A stretch of DNA of 32,683 nucleotides from Acidimicrobiales bacterium (GTDB lineage Bacteria; Actinomycetota; Acidimicrobiia; Acidimicrobiales; JANYDT01): positions 1 through 32,683 of the forward strand of contig JAYTFI010000220.1 in the NCBI GenBank assembly GCA_043734485.1, read 5' to 3'. Positions within the stretch are counted from its first letter, which is position 1; each line of letters begins with the position of its first letter. Positions 31,653-32,683 of this stretch are shown here, in pieces. A program made the position numbers and the translations under genes. Below the pieces are notes generated by a model that had not been told where the DNA came from, did no database searches, and saw only the letters and a list, made by a program, of their open reading frames with translations.

Positions 31653-32683
31653 ATGGGCCGCTTGGCAGCAAAGAAGATCAGAGTGCACGAGCTCGCCAAA
31701 GAGCTCGGCATGACGAATCAGGAGACACTCGATCTCGCCTTGACCCTCGGCATCTTTGCGGGCAAGGCCAGTCACTCCTCCAGCATCGAGGACGCCCAAG
31801 CCGATCGCGTCCGTCGGAGGGCTGACGCCGACGGACTCCGTCGCGACGTCCAGCCAGAAGAGCCGGCCAAGCCGGTCAAGGGTGGCAAGAAGTCCGTTGC
31901 CGAGGCCGCGCCGCCAGTGGAGATTGCCATCCCGCCGGTCGTGGCGGAGCGCTCGCCGGAACCCCTCATTGCGCCCGCCAGTGGTAGGGCCGTCACGCCG
32001 ACAACCGTCGAGGCGGTGTCGGCGACGGCACCGCTCGAGCAGGCGTCCGGTGTCCGGGTGGAGTCGTCCGAGCGTCCGGCGGCCGTGGAGTCCCCCACGG
32101 CGCCGGGGGTGAGCGCACCGTCGGTGGCGGCTGAGGCGACGTCCGGCCCTGCGGCTCCCGTCGCTCCATCGTCACCGGACCCGGTCGCACCGACGCCGTC
32201 CAGCCCGGTCGAGAACCGGCCGGCCGAAGGCGCTGCCCGTCCGTCCGCAGCTGAATCTGGCCCTATCGCCCCCGGCCCCCGTCCGCCCGCCTCGGGTGGT
32301 CCCGCTGGATCGCGCATCATCTCGTCCAGCAGTCGTCCCGGTAGCGCAACGGCGGGCAACCGTCCGGTTGCCTCGCCTCGTCCGTCGACGCCGCCGGTCG
32401 GTCCTGGTGCTCTGGCGCCTGCCGCTTCCTCCGCCGGTGCGCCTGCTTCGGTGATCCCTCGGCCGGCCGGTTCCGCTCCGCAAACCGGGGCGCCCACCAG
32501 TGGCGCACCCGCCAGTGGTGCACCCACCATTGGCGCACCCACCAGTGGCGCACCCGTCGGTGCACCGGGCGCTCCGCCCGCTCCCGGTGGCATGCGCTCG
32601 CTGACCGGCAAGTCGATCCCGCCGCCCCCGGGTATGCCCCGCAGCTTCTCCGGCAAGCCCATCCCACCGCCCCCCGGACCGCC
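31653..32683 (+). CDS. infB: translation initiation factor IF-2 (N-terminal part; continues beyond the right edge)
   Basis: Not in the ORF track because no stop falls in the window. It reads MGRLAAKKIRVHELAKELGMTNQETLDLALTLGIFAGKASHSSSIEDAQADRVRRR, followed by the long Pro/Ala/Gly/Ser-rich linker typical of actinobacterial IF-2. The alternative start TTG 31662 (M-AAKKIRVHELAKELG) has better spacing from GAGGA (31648-31652) than ATG 31653. Confidence 0.9.
   Translation, partial: MGRLAAKKIRVHELAKELGMTNQETLDLALTLGIFAGKASHSSSIEDAQADRVRRRADADGLRRDVQPEEPAKPVKGGKKSVAEAAPPVEIAIPPVVAERSPEPLIAPASGRAVTPTTVEAVSATAPLEQASGVRVESSERPAAVESPTAPGVSAPSVAAEATSGPAAPVAPSSPDPVAPTPSSPVENRPAEGAARPSAAESGPIAPGPRPPASGGPAGSRIISSSSRPGSATAGNRPVASPRPSTPPVGPGALAPAASSAGAPASVIPRPAGSAPQTGAPTSGAPASGAPTIGAPTSGAPVGAPGAPPAPGGMRSLTGKSIPPPPGMPRSFSGKPIPPPPGP
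32487..32561 (+). repeat. 15-bp in-frame tandem repeat x5 in the infB linker (GAPTS GAPAS GAPTI GAPTS GAPVG)
   Basis: Units ggNgcNcccNccaNt run from 32487 with a 15-nt period, read directly in the infB frame. Confidence 0.85.

Noticed and set aside
30481-31671. 396-aa minus-strand ORF
   Set aside because: It is antisense to nusA and ylxR. It is a shadow ORF with Arg/Gly/Ser-rich composition.
31483-31713. 76-aa ORF in the ylxR-infB spacer, considered as a YlxQ/L7Ae-like gene
   Set aside because: It has no L7Ae-like motif, it runs into and overlaps the infB start in another frame, and its composition is Cys/Arg/Trp-rich and unlike a real protein. The spacer more likely holds the infB leader, which includes the hairpin ctgcac-ggaca-gtgcag at 31620-31636.

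Overview
High-GC, Actinomycetota-type core chromosome segment. I base that on DUF2469, a WhiG/FliA-type sigma factor, and the gene order xerC, sigma factor, M23-like gene, rpsB, tsf, pyrH, frr, cdsA.

The left ~6.5 kb looks more accessory. It holds a partial GH13 alpha-glucosidase-like gene, a divergently transcribed alkyl/aryl-sulfatase, and a minus-strand trio joined by 4-nt overlaps: M50 protease-like, divergent SHMT-like PLP enzyme, kynureninase.

From 6.5 kb to the right edge almost everything is on the + strand and forms the classic translation/envelope backbone: ffh, rpsP, KH protein, rimM, an inserted quinone oxidoreductase, trmD, rplS, lepB, DUF2469, yraN, comM, dprA, xerC, whiG/fliA-type sigma, degenerate M23/LytM, rpsB, tsf, pyrH, frr, cdsA with a long N-terminal extension, dxr, rseP, ispG, ung, rimP, nusA, ylxR-like, and infB (5' part, runs off the right edge).

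I saw no tRNA, rRNA, CRISPR array, IS element, prophage or recognisable defence island, and I did not find a convincing novel multi-gene system.

The points most worth a second look are:
- Two genes (ylxR-like and possibly lepB) whose coding signal extends upstream of any ATG/GTG/TTG to a CTG. In both cases the CTG overlaps the preceding stop codon in the same GCTGAGC context.
- A 100-bp spacer before trmD made of interleaved perfect inverted repeats, with related GCGCGC-core motifs in two other spacers.
- A cdsA ORF carrying a ~260-aa acidic/Trp-rich then basic extension, with an internal SD+ATG at the canonical CdsA start.
- A catalytically degenerate M23 domain protein.
- The M50 / SHMT-like / kynureninase operon.
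- Many short in-frame tandem duplications at the termini of housekeeping genes.

All coordinates were derived by hand from the sequence and the ORF track. Family assignments rest on motif recognition, not on searches.
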